Shown here: positions 10,769-19,959 of the stretch, in pieces | Layout of the letters: every line of letters starts with the position of its first letter | Numbering within the stretch: position 1 is the stretch's first letter | NCBI GenBank assembly: GCA_937975685.1 | Contig: CALJUG010000037.1 | Span: forward strand, 64,963-128,962 | Origin: an uncultured bacterium | GTDB taxonomy: Bacteria; Planctomycetota; Planctomycetia; Pirellulales; PALSA-1355 | Length of the DNA: 64,000 bases | Reading direction: 5' to 3' | Program-made: the position numbers and the translations under genes | Notes under the pieces: generated by a model | The model's input: only the letters and a program-made list of their open reading frames with translations | What the model was told of the DNA's origin: nothing | The model's database searches: none

Positions 10769-11968
10769 ATGAGCGTTGCTTCCTCCCAGCATCTCACGAC
10801 TGCACATGCCGTTTCTGTGTTGGGCAAAGATGCCGGCAGCGTTCCGTTGCTGGACGTGAACCGGCAGTACCAGGCACTTCGTGCCGAGCTCGACAAGGCG
10901 ATCTCGAGCGTGTGCGAGAGCGGCCGCTTCGTGCTGGGACCCGAGTGCGACGAGCTGGAAAAGAACGTTGCCGCGTACTGCCAGGCGCCGCACGCCGTGG
11001 CCTGCGCTTCGGGTAGCGATGCCCTGCTGCTGGCGCTGATGGCTTGCGATATCGGCCCGGGCGACGAGGTGCTGATGCCCAGCTTCACGTTTTTCGCCAC
11101 GGCCAGCGCCGCCTGGCGCCTGGGTGCCAAGCCGGTCTTCGTCGACATCGACCCGGCCACGTTCAACCTGAACCCCGAGTTGCTTGAGGGCCTGATTACT
11201 CCCCACACGAAGGCGATCCTGCCGGTGCACTTGTTCGGCCAGTGTGCCGACATGCCCAGCGTAATGGCCGTGGCCAAGCGTCACGGAATCTTCGTCGTCG
11301 AGGACGCCGCGCAGGCGATCGGCGCCGAATGGGAAGGACGCCGCGCGGGCAGCTTCGGCGCGGTCGGTTGCTTTAGCTTCTACCCGACCAAGAACTTGGG
11401 CGGATTCGGCGACGGCGGCATGATGACCGCCACCGGTTCGGGCCTCGAGTCCCGGCTGCGGCTGCTACGGGCACACGGCATGCAGCCCCGCTACTGCCAT
11501 CACGTGGTTGGCATCAACAGCCGGCTCGACACGCTGCAGGCCGCCGTGCTCAACGTGAAACTGCGGTTTCTCGAGGACTGGATCAAGCGCCGCCAGGCCA
11601 ACGCCGCCCGCTACGACGAGTTGTTCGCCAAGGCGAGGCTGACCGATTTCGTGTCGCTGCCGGTGGCCGACAAGCGCGGCCGCCACGTGTGGAACCAGTA
11701 CACCATTCGCGTTCCCGATGGCCGCCGCGATACGCTGCGGGCCTACCTGGGCGAGCGGAACATCGGCACGGAGATCTACTATCCCATCCCGCTGCACTTG
11801 CAGCAGTGCTTTGCGCCGCTGGGATACGAGCCGGGCAGCCTGCCCGAGACCGAGCGGGCGGCCGAAGAAGTGCTTGCGCTGCCGATCTTCCCTGAGTTGA
11901 CGGCCGAAGAACAACGCACGGTCGTGACGGCGATCGCCGCCTTCTACGGCATCGAACGGAAGCTGTAG
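10769..11968 (+). CDS. DegT/DnrJ/EryC1/StrS-family PLP-dependent sugar aminotransferase
   Basis: Full-length family match, with the small-domain motif 'GSDALLLAL', 'FSFYPTKNLG' (the Lys region) and the C-terminal 'EVLALPIFPELT'. Confidence 0.8.
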   Translation: MSVASSQHLTTAHAVSVLGKDAGSVPLLDVNRQYQALRAELDKAISSVCESGRFVLGPECDELEKNVAAYCQAPHAVACASGSDALLLALMACDIGPGDEVLMPSFTFFATASAAWRLGAKPVFVDIDPATFNLNPELLEGLITPHTKAILPVHLFGQCADMPSVMAVAKRHGIFVVEDAAQAIGAEWEGRRAGSFGAVGCFSFYPTKNLGGFGDGGMMTATGSGLESRLRLLRAHGMQPRYCHHVVGINSRLDTLQAAVLNVKLRFLEDWIKRRQANAARYDELFAKARLTDFVSLPVADKRGRHVWNQYTIRVPDGRRDTLRAYLGERNIGTEIYYPIPLHLQQCFAPLGYEPGSLPETERAAEEVLALPIFPELTAEEQRTVVTAIAAFYGIERKL

Positions 11969-12031
11969 GCGAGGAAGCCCTACAACGCTCTGAGTGGAAA
12001 GGGGCCGCGACGCCCGAGGCACGGCGAGGCC

Positions 12032-12277
12032 TCAGACCTCCTCCTCTTTTTTCTTCTCGTCGACGCGCTCCTTGCGGCTGCTCGGGCGGCAGATGGTCAT
12101 CAGCCCCAGGCCCGTGATCATCATCACCAGGATGTACGGAAAGACGTACGACTTGGTGGGGGCTTCCTCTTCCTTCTTCTTTTTCTGAGCCTCCGCGGTC
12201 GCGGGCATCGATACCGCGACGACCAAGGCCAATAGCGCGACGCCGCAGGCGCGCCCGAGCTTGCGTAGGTGAGTCAT
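12032..12277 (-). CDS. Small secreted or membrane protein with one TM helix flanked by KKKKEEE and EKKKEEE charge blocks
   Basis: Signal-like N-terminus 'ALLALVVAVSMPATAEA', then 'QKKKKEEE', a TM helix 'YILVMMITGLGLMTI' and a C-terminal 'DEKKKEEEV'. No homolog was recognised. Confidence 0.3.
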   Translation of the reverse strand: MTHLRKLGRACGVALLALVVAVSMPATAEAQKKKKEEEAPTKSYVFPYILVMMITGLGLMTICRPSSRKERVDEKKKEEEV

Positions 12278-12321
12278 CAGGGCTGAGGGCTCCGGCGTAC
12301 TCGTGCGGTGCGACGTCGTTT

Positions 12322-12891
12322 TTATGCCGACTGCTCCGCCGAGCGCGCGTTCATCGGGTCGAGAAGGAAAAAGTCATCCACGGGCGCCGCCAACTGGCGG
12401 AATGCTTCGGTGGGCACGGCCAGCGTGTCCCATCGCGACGAAATCTGCCGGGCATGCATGGCGTACTCCCGCAATCGCATGCCCACGAAACCGTAGATCC
12501 CGCCGCGAAACTCGAACAACCGCTCCACCGGCAACGGAGCGCGATTGCCGACCACATTATAAGCGAACACAAACAGGCCGCCAAACCGCGGGCCGAATCG
12601 CCGCTCCCAGCGTGCCAGGCTCACCAGGTCGTCACGCGTGGACCAGTTTCGCCAGTACTGCTTGCCACCGGCCGGAAAGCGGCGGCCCTTCACGTCGACC
12701 AGCCAGGCAAACTCGCCGGGCGGCGAGACGATAAAGTCGAGATTCTTGATCGAGCCGTCGGGAAAGCGGCTGCGCCGTGCCTCGTCGACCGCCACGTACG
12801 GCACGCACCGCTCGCGCAGGTACGCCTCGAACGCCGCCTCGTAGTGGTTGAGCCGATTCGCCACGGCATCCCCCTTTCGGTAGACCATCAT
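12322..12891 (-). CDS. Hypothetical protein with a PD-(D/E)xK nuclease-like motif arrangement
   Basis: An early Glu in 'HYEAAFEAY', then 'NLDFIV' and 'WLVDVKGRRF', fit the E...D...(D/E)xK order of restriction-endonuclease-like folds. No specific family was recognised. Confidence 0.35.
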   Translation of the reverse strand: MMVYRKGDAVANRLNHYEAAFEAYLRERCVPYVAVDEARRSRFPDGSIKNLDFIVSPPGEFAWLVDVKGRRFPAGGKQYWRNWSTRDDLVSLARWERRFGPRFGGLFVFAYNVVGNRAPLPVERLFEFRGGIYGFVGMRLREYAMHARQISSRWDTLAVPTEAFRQLAAPVDDFFLLDPMNARSAEQSA

Positions 12892-12927
12892 AACCGATCG
12901 AGGGGATTTGGCCAGGATCGCCTGGCC

Positions 12928-14268
12928 TCAGGCAGGCGACGCTTTAAGCAGCTCGGCGATCGTGCCGGGGGCGTCGTCCAGCGGCACCGTGGTGCTCTGG
13001 CCGCTGGCCAGGTCTTTGAGCTGGCACTGGTCCTGGGCCCACTCGTTCTCGCCGGCCACGACCGCCACGCGGAAGCCGCGACGATCGGCATACTTGAGCT
13101 GTGCCCCCAGCTTTTTGGGCTCGGGATAGAATTCCACGCCAATGCCCGCGGCCCGAATGGCCGTGGCCAGCCGCAGGTAGTCGTGCAGGCGGCTTACGTC
13201 GAAGTAGGCCAGGAACACGGGGGCCGGCGTTTGCACCTTTTCGACCATGCCCAACTCTTCCAGCGCCGCCAGCAAACGATCGAGTCCCAGCGACGCCCCG
13301 ATGCCGGGCAGCTCTTGCTTCGAATAGAGCTCCGCCAGGTTGTCGTAGCGCCCGCCGGAGCAGACGCTGCCGATGCCCGGCAAGTCGTCGAGAAACGTCT
13401 CGAACACGGTGCCCGTGTAGTAGTCGAGCCCGCGGGTGATCGAGGGGCTGATGCGCACCCGTCCTTCGTCCACCCCGGCAGCGACGACCGCCGAGAGCAT
13501 CTCGGCCAGCTTGGCCACGCCGGCCTGACCCTTTTCGTTCCCGGCGACGAGGCGGTCGAGGGCCGCGAGAATCTCCTGGTTGCTGCCGTGCAGTTCGGCC
13601 AGTTGCAGCACGCGGCCCGCCTGGTCCGCGGTGGCGCCGGCTGTCTGGTGCATCTCGGCGGCCACCTTATCGGCCCCGATCTTGTCGAGCTTGTCGAGTG
13701 CCCGCAGGATGGCCACCGACTTGTCGGCTAGATCGAAGTGATCCAGCAGACCGTTGAGCACCTGGCGGTTGTTGACGCGGATCGTGAAGCCGGGGATGCG
13801 CAGGGCTTCGAACAGGTCGTGAATCACCAGCACGGTTTCCACGTCGGCCGTGATGGCCAGCGTGCCGAGCGTGTCGAAGTCGCACTGCATGAACTCGCGG
13901 TAGCGGCCGCGCTGCGTGTTCTCGCCGCGCCACACGGTGGCGATGTGGTAGGCCTTCAGCGGCGTGCCCAGCTTGCCCACGTGCTGGGCCGCGAAGCGGG
14001 CCAGCGGCACGGTGAGATCGAACCGCATGCCGACCCACCGTCCGCCGTGGTCCTCGAACTTGTAGAGCTGCTTGTCGGTTTCCTCGCCCCCCTTGCCAGT
14101 GAGGATCTCCAGGTACTCCAGCGCCGGCGTGTCGATTGGGGCGAAACCATACGAGCGATAGACGCGCCGAGCCGTTTCGATCAGCCACTCGCGCGGAATC
14201 ATTGTCTCGGGCAGATGATCCCGAAATCCTTTCAGCGTGCGGGGTTCGATGCGCTGGACGTCGTTCAC
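12928..14268 (-). CDS. hisS: Histidine--tRNA ligase
   Basis: Class II motifs are present ('FRDHLPE', 'RRVYRSYGFAPIDTPALE', 'GGRYDNL'). The ORF appears to start on GTG. Confidence 0.9.
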   Translation of the reverse strand: MNDVQRIEPRTLKGFRDHLPETMIPREWLIETARRVYRSYGFAPIDTPALEYLEILTGKGGEETDKQLYKFEDHGGRWVGMRFDLTVPLARFAAQHVGKLGTPLKAYHIATVWRGENTQRGRYREFMQCDFDTLGTLAITADVETVLVIHDLFEALRIPGFTIRVNNRQVLNGLLDHFDLADKSVAILRALDKLDKIGADKVAAEMHQTAGATADQAGRVLQLAELHGSNQEILAALDRLVAGNEKGQAGVAKLAEMLSAVVAAGVDEGRVRISPSITRGLDYYTGTVFETFLDDLPGIGSVCSGGRYDNLAELYSKQELPGIGASLGLDRLLAALEELGMVEKVQTPAPVFLAYFDVSRLHDYLRLATAIRAAGIGVEFYPEPKKLGAQLKYADRRGFRVAVVAGENEWAQDQCQLKDLASGQSTTVPLDDAPGTIAELLKASPA

Positions 14269-14456
14269 GGCGGTTTGGGGGCTCCATTCAAGAAGCAGCG
14301 GGAAGCATCACGCAGGCCGCGGGGCGGCCCAGACCCAGGATACCGGGGCGTGATCGGAAAGAAAACGTGTGCAGGCGGCGAAATGAACCCCGCGGCGAGG
14401 CCGCCGGCGGGCTGCACGACGAACCGACACGCATCGAGCCGCCCGGGATCGCGCGC

Positions 14457-14903
14457 TTATGTCACGATGGGCAGCAGCGGCGGCTTGGTACTGCGAATGC
14501 TCTGCCCCTTCTTTCTGGGCAGCGTGGCCTCGGCAAACTCGGCCGCCTGCTCGGGCGTTTCAATGTATTGTTCGTAGCACCAGTCGTCCTCGTACTCGCA
14601 CTCTTTAGTGGAGTACTCGCGGCAGATCTGCGGCCGGGTTTCGTAGATGCCACAACGATGGTCGGCCTGCAAGTGCTGGCACTCGCTATAGACGAGCAGG
14701 TACCAGGTATCGTCCTCGCGAAACACCGTCGCCCCGTGATGCAGCAGATACCAGCGAACGTATTCCCAGTCGGAGAACGTGTCGGGCGTCTCGATCGGCA
14801 GGGCGAAATACCGGCAGCACTTGGCCGTGCAGTAATTGCACAACGACTCGCCGGGGGCCAATTGGTCGCGTCGCAGTTTCGGTGTCTGTACGTCGGCCTT
14901 CAC
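14457..14903 (-). CDS. YkgJ-family cysteine-cluster protein (putative Zn/Fe-chelating domain)
   Basis: Carries 'CNYCTAKCCRYF' (C-x2-C-x3-CC) and further Cys residues ('CQHLQADHRCGIYETRPQICREY'). Confidence 0.6.
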   Translation of the reverse strand: MKADVQTPKLRRDQLAPGESLCNYCTAKCCRYFALPIETPDTFSDWEYVRWYLLHHGATVFREDDTWYLLVYSECQHLQADHRCGIYETRPQICREYSTKECEYEDDWCYEQYIETPEQAAEFAEATLPRKKGQSIRSTKPPLLPIVT

Positions 14904-15106
14904 GGGATCTCCTTCTCCACAGCCTGAAGCATAAGGTTGCCGCGCGCGGCGGCGCCGTTGATGTTCATGCCAGCAAGCGTAGCAAACGCGCCTGAAAAAC
15001 TCCAGGACAACTGGGTGCGCGTGGCCCGCGGATTCCCGCCCTCGTAGAATCCAGTCGGCGCTCGCTTACGATCGTTGCCCCACGGCGCGCTGGGAGATCC
15101 TCGCCT

Positions 15107-15844
15107 GTGAAACCCGTGCTCGTTCTGCGCCATTCGCCTCACGAGGCGCTTGGCAATCTGGCGGTGGCGCTGCGGGCAGCCGGGCTGGAGCTGCGCGTGG
15201 TGAACTGCTTCGCCGAGGACTGGCCGCAGTTCGCCGCCGAGGGATTCAGCCCGCCGGACTATAGCGGCTTGGTCGTGATGGGCGGGCCGATGAACGTCGA
15301 CCAGACCGAGGAGTATCCATTCCTCCATACCGAGGCCGGCTGGCTGCGCCAGGCGGTCGAAGCCGAATTGCCCACCCTGGGCGTATGCCTGGGCGCTCAA
15401 CTGCTGGCCAAGGCCCTCGGGGCCCGCGTGCGAGCCAACCCCGTCAAAGAGATCGGCTGGTACGAGATCGAGCTACTGCCCGAGGCCCGAAGCGAAGGCC
15501 TAATGGCCGGCAGCCGCTCGCGCGAAACGGTGTTTCACTGGCACGGCGACACGTTCGATTTGCCGGCCGGCGCCGTGCATCTGGCCCGCGGGTCCACCTG
15601 CCCGCAGCAGGCGTTTCGCTACGGCCAGCGAGCCTACGGCGTGCAGTTTCACCCGGAGATCACGGCCGAGATGGTCGCCCACTGGCTGGCGGCTCCCAGC
15701 GCCTGCGCGCTGCTTTCGGAGTTGGACTACATCGATGCCGACGCGATACGCCATCGCACGCCCGAGGCCCTCAAGGCCATGCGGCCGTTCTCCGGGCGGC
15801 TTTTCTCGGGCTTCGCCCGCTTGTGCGGGGCCGCTGCGAGCTAG
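15107..15844 (+). CDS. Class I glutamine amidotransferase-like protein
   Basis: Catalytic Cys in 'LGVCLGAQLL' with downstream His in 'YGVQFHPE'. Confidence 0.7.
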   Translation: MKPVLVLRHSPHEALGNLAVALRAAGLELRVVNCFAEDWPQFAAEGFSPPDYSGLVVMGGPMNVDQTEEYPFLHTEAGWLRQAVEAELPTLGVCLGAQLLAKALGARVRANPVKEIGWYEIELLPEARSEGLMAGSRSRETVFHWHGDTFDLPAGAVHLARGSTCPQQAFRYGQRAYGVQFHPEITAEMVAHWLAAPSACALLSELDYIDADAIRHRTPEALKAMRPFSGRLFSGFARLCGAAAS

Positions 15845-16320
15845 TCGACGGGCCGCAGGCGATATTGCCAGCGCACCGTGGTCGGCAGCGCGTCTTCAGC
15901 CGGAGCGGGTCGGATGTGTAGTGCCGCCTCGTCCCGGGTAACGGTGGCGGTCGACTCGACGTGGAACGGCTGGGCGTTGCCAACCTCGTAGCTGCTGCCC
16001 AGCGGTCCGGCCGCGGCGCGCAAGCGGCAGGCCACGTCGAACGTGATGCACGACCCGTCGGGCTCGATCTCGACGCTGGCCGACCAGTGACTCTTGCCGG
16101 CCATGCCCACCAACAGCGCCTGCGTAGGCGCCCGGTCGGACACTTCGAGCGACTGAAACGGCGGGCTCACCGGCCATTCGTCCTGCGACGAGCCTTCGCG
16201 CGTGGCCAGTGCGACCACCCACGTGCCCCCGCGGCGCAGCAGCACCTGGTGGGCATATCGATCGTGTTGCCAGAAGAAGCGAACCTGCACTCCCCCGGCT
16301 TCCAGAATGCGATCGCGCAT
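15841..16320 (-). CDS. Hypothetical protein
   Basis: An ORF with reasonable composition between the GATase gene and the response regulator. No recognisable domain. Confidence 0.3.
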   Translation of the reverse strand: MRDRILEAGGVQVRFFWQHDRYAHQVLLRRGGTWVVALATREGSSQDEWPVSPPFQSLEVSDRAPTQALLVGMAGKSHWSASVEIEPDGSCITFDVACRLRAAAGPLGSSYEVGNAQPFHVESTATVTRDEAALHIRPAPAEDALPTTVRWQYRLRPVD

Positions 16321-16338
16321 GGCCGGCGTGCGAGGGAC

Positions 16339-16962
16339 CTAGTTCATGGCTGGTACGCGATCGATCTTGTGGGCCAGTCCAATCAACTCGGCCCGGGAGC
16401 GTACGTCCATTTTGCGGAGCACGCTGGCGCGGCGAAGCTGAATCGTGCGGAGGCTCAGATCGAGCTTCAGCGCGATGGCTTTGTCGGGCTTGCCGGCGAC
16501 CGTCAGGTCGAGGACCTGCTTTTCGTCGGGGGTGAGCGTGTCGTAACGCTTGAGCATCTCGCGCCGCTCGGTGCTGGCGTCGCGCTGCTGCGCGTCGCGC
16601 TCGATCGCTCCCCGCACGTGATCCATCAGCACGCTGCCGCGGTAGGGTTTCTCTAGGAACTCGACGGCACCCGACTTGATGGCCGCCACGGCCGCCGGGA
16701 TGTCGCCGTGGCCGCTGATCATGATCACGGGCACTTCGATGTGCCGCTCGGCGAGCGCCGCGAGCACGTCGAGACCGCTGACCTGGGGCATTCGCAAGTC
16801 GAGCACGACGCAGCCGGGCTGATCGGGAGAAAAGTTATCGAGGAATTCCTGCCCCGAGGCATAGCATTGGACTTCGAGGTCCATCGACTGCACCAGCGCG
16901 GCTAGCGATTCGCGCGCCTGCTGGTCGTCGTCGACGATGGAAACGATGGGAGTCAGGGACAT
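16339..16962 (-). CDS. FixJ/NarL-type response regulator (receiver plus LuxR-type HTH)
   Basis: Receiver features 'IVSIVDDDQQ', 'VVLDLRMP', and the LuxR HTH 'LTPDEKQVLDLTVAGKPDKAIALKLDLSLRTIQLRRASVLRKM'. The start was moved to ATG (MSLTPIV), which overlaps the kinase stop. Confidence 0.8.
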   Translation of the reverse strand: MSLTPIVSIVDDDQQARESLAALVQSMDLEVQCYASGQEFLDNFSPDQPGCVVLDLRMPQVSGLDVLAALAERHIEVPVIMISGHGDIPAAVAAIKSGAVEFLEKPYRGSVLMDHVRGAIERDAQQRDASTERREMLKRYDTLTPDEKQVLDLTVAGKPDKAIALKLDLSLRTIQLRRASVLRKMDVRSRAELIGLAHKIDRVPAMN

Positions 16963-16963
16963 G

Positions 16964-19657
16964 TCAGGCTCCTGCACGCGGTAGGGAGAAAGAAAAGGTG
17001 ACGCCGCGCCCTGGGTTGGGGCGTACCCACAGACGGCCGCCGTGGTCTTCGACGATCGAGCGGCTGATGGCCAAACCGATGCCAACGCCCTCGCGCTTGC
17101 TGGTGAAGAACGCGTCGAACACGCGCTCCAACTCGTCGTGCGCAATGCCTTCGCCGCAGTCCTCCACCGAGATCTGTACCTGCTCGCGGCTGGGACGCAC
17201 GGAGATGGTCACGCGGCGGTCGTCGGCATCGTTGCCGGCCATCGCATCGCACGCGTTGCTCAGCAAGTTCACCAGCACCTGTTGCACCTGGATCCGGTCG
17301 GCCGCGACGATCACCTCGGGCCCACGATCCCAGGCGATGCGGACGTTCTTCCAGCGGGTTTCGGTTTCGAGCAGGTCGAGCACCTCCTGGATCAGCCCGC
17401 CAATCTCGACGTCCGCGCGGCAGGGTTCGGCCTTGCGGGTAAACGAGCGCAGACCGCGGATCATTTCGGCCGCGCGATGCGTGTTGGTGGCGATCTTCTC
17501 AATCCACTCCCGCAGCTTGTCGTCGCCGCCGGGAGTGCCGATGGCCCGCACGCAACTCTCGGCATAGTTGCTGATAGCCGTCAGCGGTTGATTCAATTCG
17601 TGGGCGATGCCGGTGGCGATCTCGCCCATGGTGTTGAGCCGCGCGTAGTGGGCCAACTCGGCCTGGTGCAGCCGGGCCAGGTCCTCGGCCCGGCGCCTTT
17701 CAGAAATGTCCATCATCGAACCGACCATCCGCGTGGGCGTGCCGTCGGGGTCGGACATGACGAATCCGCGGTCGAACACGTCGGCGTAGCTGCCGTCGGC
17801 TCGGCGGAAACGATACTCGAAGGCGCATTGCCGCGATCCGCTGCCGTCGGCCGAGGGGATCTGGCTGAGAACTCGCGCCCGATCGTCGGGATGCAAACGC
17901 TCAACCCACCAGTCCAAATCGGGCGAGATTTCTTCGGCGCCGTAGCCGAACACCGACTTGAAGGCCTTGCTGCGCCAGACGAAATCGCGCTTGAGGTCCC
18001 AGTCCCAAATCGCGTCGTGCGTGGCCTGTGCCGCCAGGCGGAAGCGTTCTTCGCTCTCGCGCAGTCGAGCCTCGGCGCGCTTCAACTGGGTCACATCGAT
18101 AATCGACCCAACCATCCGCACCGGCTGGGCATCGTCGTCGAAGATTACGAATCCGCGGTCGTACACGTCGGCATAGGTGCCGTCGCGGCGCTGGAGACGA
18201 TACTCGAACACCCACTTCTGCTGCCCGTCGACCGCGGTGCGAGGAATCTCGGCGAGGATGCGTTCGCGATCGTCGGGATGAACGCGGCGGCGCCACCACT
18301 CGACGACCGTTTCACGATCGCTGTCGAAAGTGCCGAAGGTCTCCAGGTAAGCGTCGTTTTGCCAGAGTCGGTTCTCGCGCAAGTCCCAGTCCCAGAAAGC
18401 CTCGTTCGAGGCCGAGGCGATCAATTGAAACCGCTGATGGCTCTCGCGGAGTTGCTGCTCGGCCCGCTTGCGGTCGGTAATGTCCTGCCCATTGGCGAAC
18501 CAGATGCCCTTGTCGACGTTGGGCACCGCTTCCCACAGAATCTCCTTGTAGTCGCCGTCGCGCGTGCGGACCCGGGTTTCGACGCCCACGACGTGCTCGC
18601 CCTGGCGGAGCCGCATGCCCATCTGTGCCATGCGGTCCCGGTCGTCGGGATGGACCAGTTCGATCAGCCGATGCGACATGGCGTCCTGCTCGGTGTGGCC
18701 CAGCACGCGCTGTACGTTGGGGTTCCAGCGCTTCATGTAGCCGTCGAATCCGCCGATGCACAGCAGCCGCATCGATTGATCGGTGAGCTGGTCGCGTTCC
18801 TCCTCGGCCCTCTTGCGGTCGGTGATGTCGACCATCATGATCATCGCGCCGTGTTTGCGAGGATCGAACAGCGGGCTGGCCGAGAGCTTGTACCACTTCG
18901 TCGTGCCGTGCTCCTCGCTGCGATATTCCGTGTAGAACGGAGGGCTGTCTCCCCGCAACACGTTTCGCAGGCCGTGGGCAATCGTTTCGGCCTTGTCGCG
19001 ATGCTGGGCGACCGCCGTGTCGCAGATCTCGAGGAAGTCGACGCCCGCGGTATGCTGGGCGCTCTGGTAGTAGGTTTCGTATGCGGCTTTGCGCCACGCG
19101 TCGTTGACCGCGCGAATCACGCCGTGCGGATCGAGCACCGCCAGACGCACCGGCAGCGCGTTGAGCACGCGCCGGTACGCGTCGGCATTGCTCGGTTGCG
19201 TTACGGCATGGCCATTGCGACTGAAGCGGGGACTTCGCGTGATGGCCTGGTAGATACGCTCGCACCACAGCTCGGGCGAAGTCGACGCCTTGGCCAGATA
19301 GTCGGCCGCGGCGCCTTTCATCGCTTCGGTGGCCCAATGCTCGCTGCCGCGATCGGTGACGATGACCACGGGCACCTCGGGAGCAGCCGCGCGGACCGCG
19401 TGGAGCACGTCCAACTCGTGGTCGACCGTATGCGACAGCTCGCTCACCACGACGTCGACTTTTTCGGAGGACAGGATATCTCTGACCTCGGCAGGCGAGT
19501 CGGCTTCGAGCGTCTCCATCTCGCCGCCGGCGTGTACCAACGCCTCGCGCACGCGCTGGCGCCCAGCCGGGTCTTCATCCACCAGCAGCACGCGGAGAGT
19601 GCGGCCAGCGGCCCGCCCATTCGCAATCGTGGACTTTTCCAGGGACGATCCGGCCAT
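16964..19657 (-). CDS. Multi-PAS hybrid sensor histidine kinase with an N-terminal (possibly atypical) receiver domain
   Basis: The N-terminal receiver reads 'LRVLLVDEDPAGRQ...VDVVVSELSH', with Glu at the usual phospho-Asp position. Four PAS repeats are separated by 'DITDRKRAE'-type linkers. HisKA 'IAHELNQPLTAISNY' and HATPase 'LVNLLSNACDAM ... GVGIGLAISRSIVEDHGGRLWV' follow. Confidence 0.85.
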   Translation of the reverse strand: MAGSSLEKSTIANGRAAGRTLRVLLVDEDPAGRQRVREALVHAGGEMETLEADSPAEVRDILSSEKVDVVVSELSHTVDHELDVLHAVRAAAPEVPVVIVTDRGSEHWATEAMKGAAADYLAKASTSPELWCERIYQAITRSPRFSRNGHAVTQPSNADAYRRVLNALPVRLAVLDPHGVIRAVNDAWRKAAYETYYQSAQHTAGVDFLEICDTAVAQHRDKAETIAHGLRNVLRGDSPPFYTEYRSEEHGTTKWYKLSASPLFDPRKHGAMIMMVDITDRKRAEEERDQLTDQSMRLLCIGGFDGYMKRWNPNVQRVLGHTEQDAMSHRLIELVHPDDRDRMAQMGMRLRQGEHVVGVETRVRTRDGDYKEILWEAVPNVDKGIWFANGQDITDRKRAEQQLRESHQRFQLIASASNEAFWDWDLRENRLWQNDAYLETFGTFDSDRETVVEWWRRRVHPDDRERILAEIPRTAVDGQQKWVFEYRLQRRDGTYADVYDRGFVIFDDDAQPVRMVGSIIDVTQLKRAEARLRESEERFRLAAQATHDAIWDWDLKRDFVWRSKAFKSVFGYGAEEISPDLDWWVERLHPDDRARVLSQIPSADGSGSRQCAFEYRFRRADGSYADVFDRGFVMSDPDGTPTRMVGSMMDISERRRAEDLARLHQAELAHYARLNTMGEIATGIAHELNQPLTAISNYAESCVRAIGTPGGDDKLREWIEKIATNTHRAAEMIRGLRSFTRKAEPCRADVEIGGLIQEVLDLLETETRWKNVRIAWDRGPEVIVAADRIQVQQVLVNLLSNACDAMAGNDADDRRVTISVRPSREQVQISVEDCGEGIAHDELERVFDAFFTSKREGVGIGLAISRSIVEDHGGRLWVRPNPGRGVTFSFSLPRAGA

Positions 19658-19959
19658 CGAAAATCACTCGAGCCTGGCCGCCGCAAGAAGCGCTTAAGGC
19701 GCCACATTTTGGCGGCAAACGGCAGCCCGCGACACCTGCGTCACACCGCTGCAAGAGGCCTCTTCGTTTGTGACGCATATCGGGCAATAGCTTGTTTCCT
19801 TCATGTTCCTCCCCCGGGGAAAGCCCGTCAAGTATGGGCGGGCCGCGACGCCTTGATTCACCGGGCGAAATGCACAAAGATACTGGTTTGGTACCTAGTC
19901 ACTCGGGCATGCCCCCTGCGAATCGGCAAGCGAGCGACTCCTCCGCCGCGTGGAACCCT

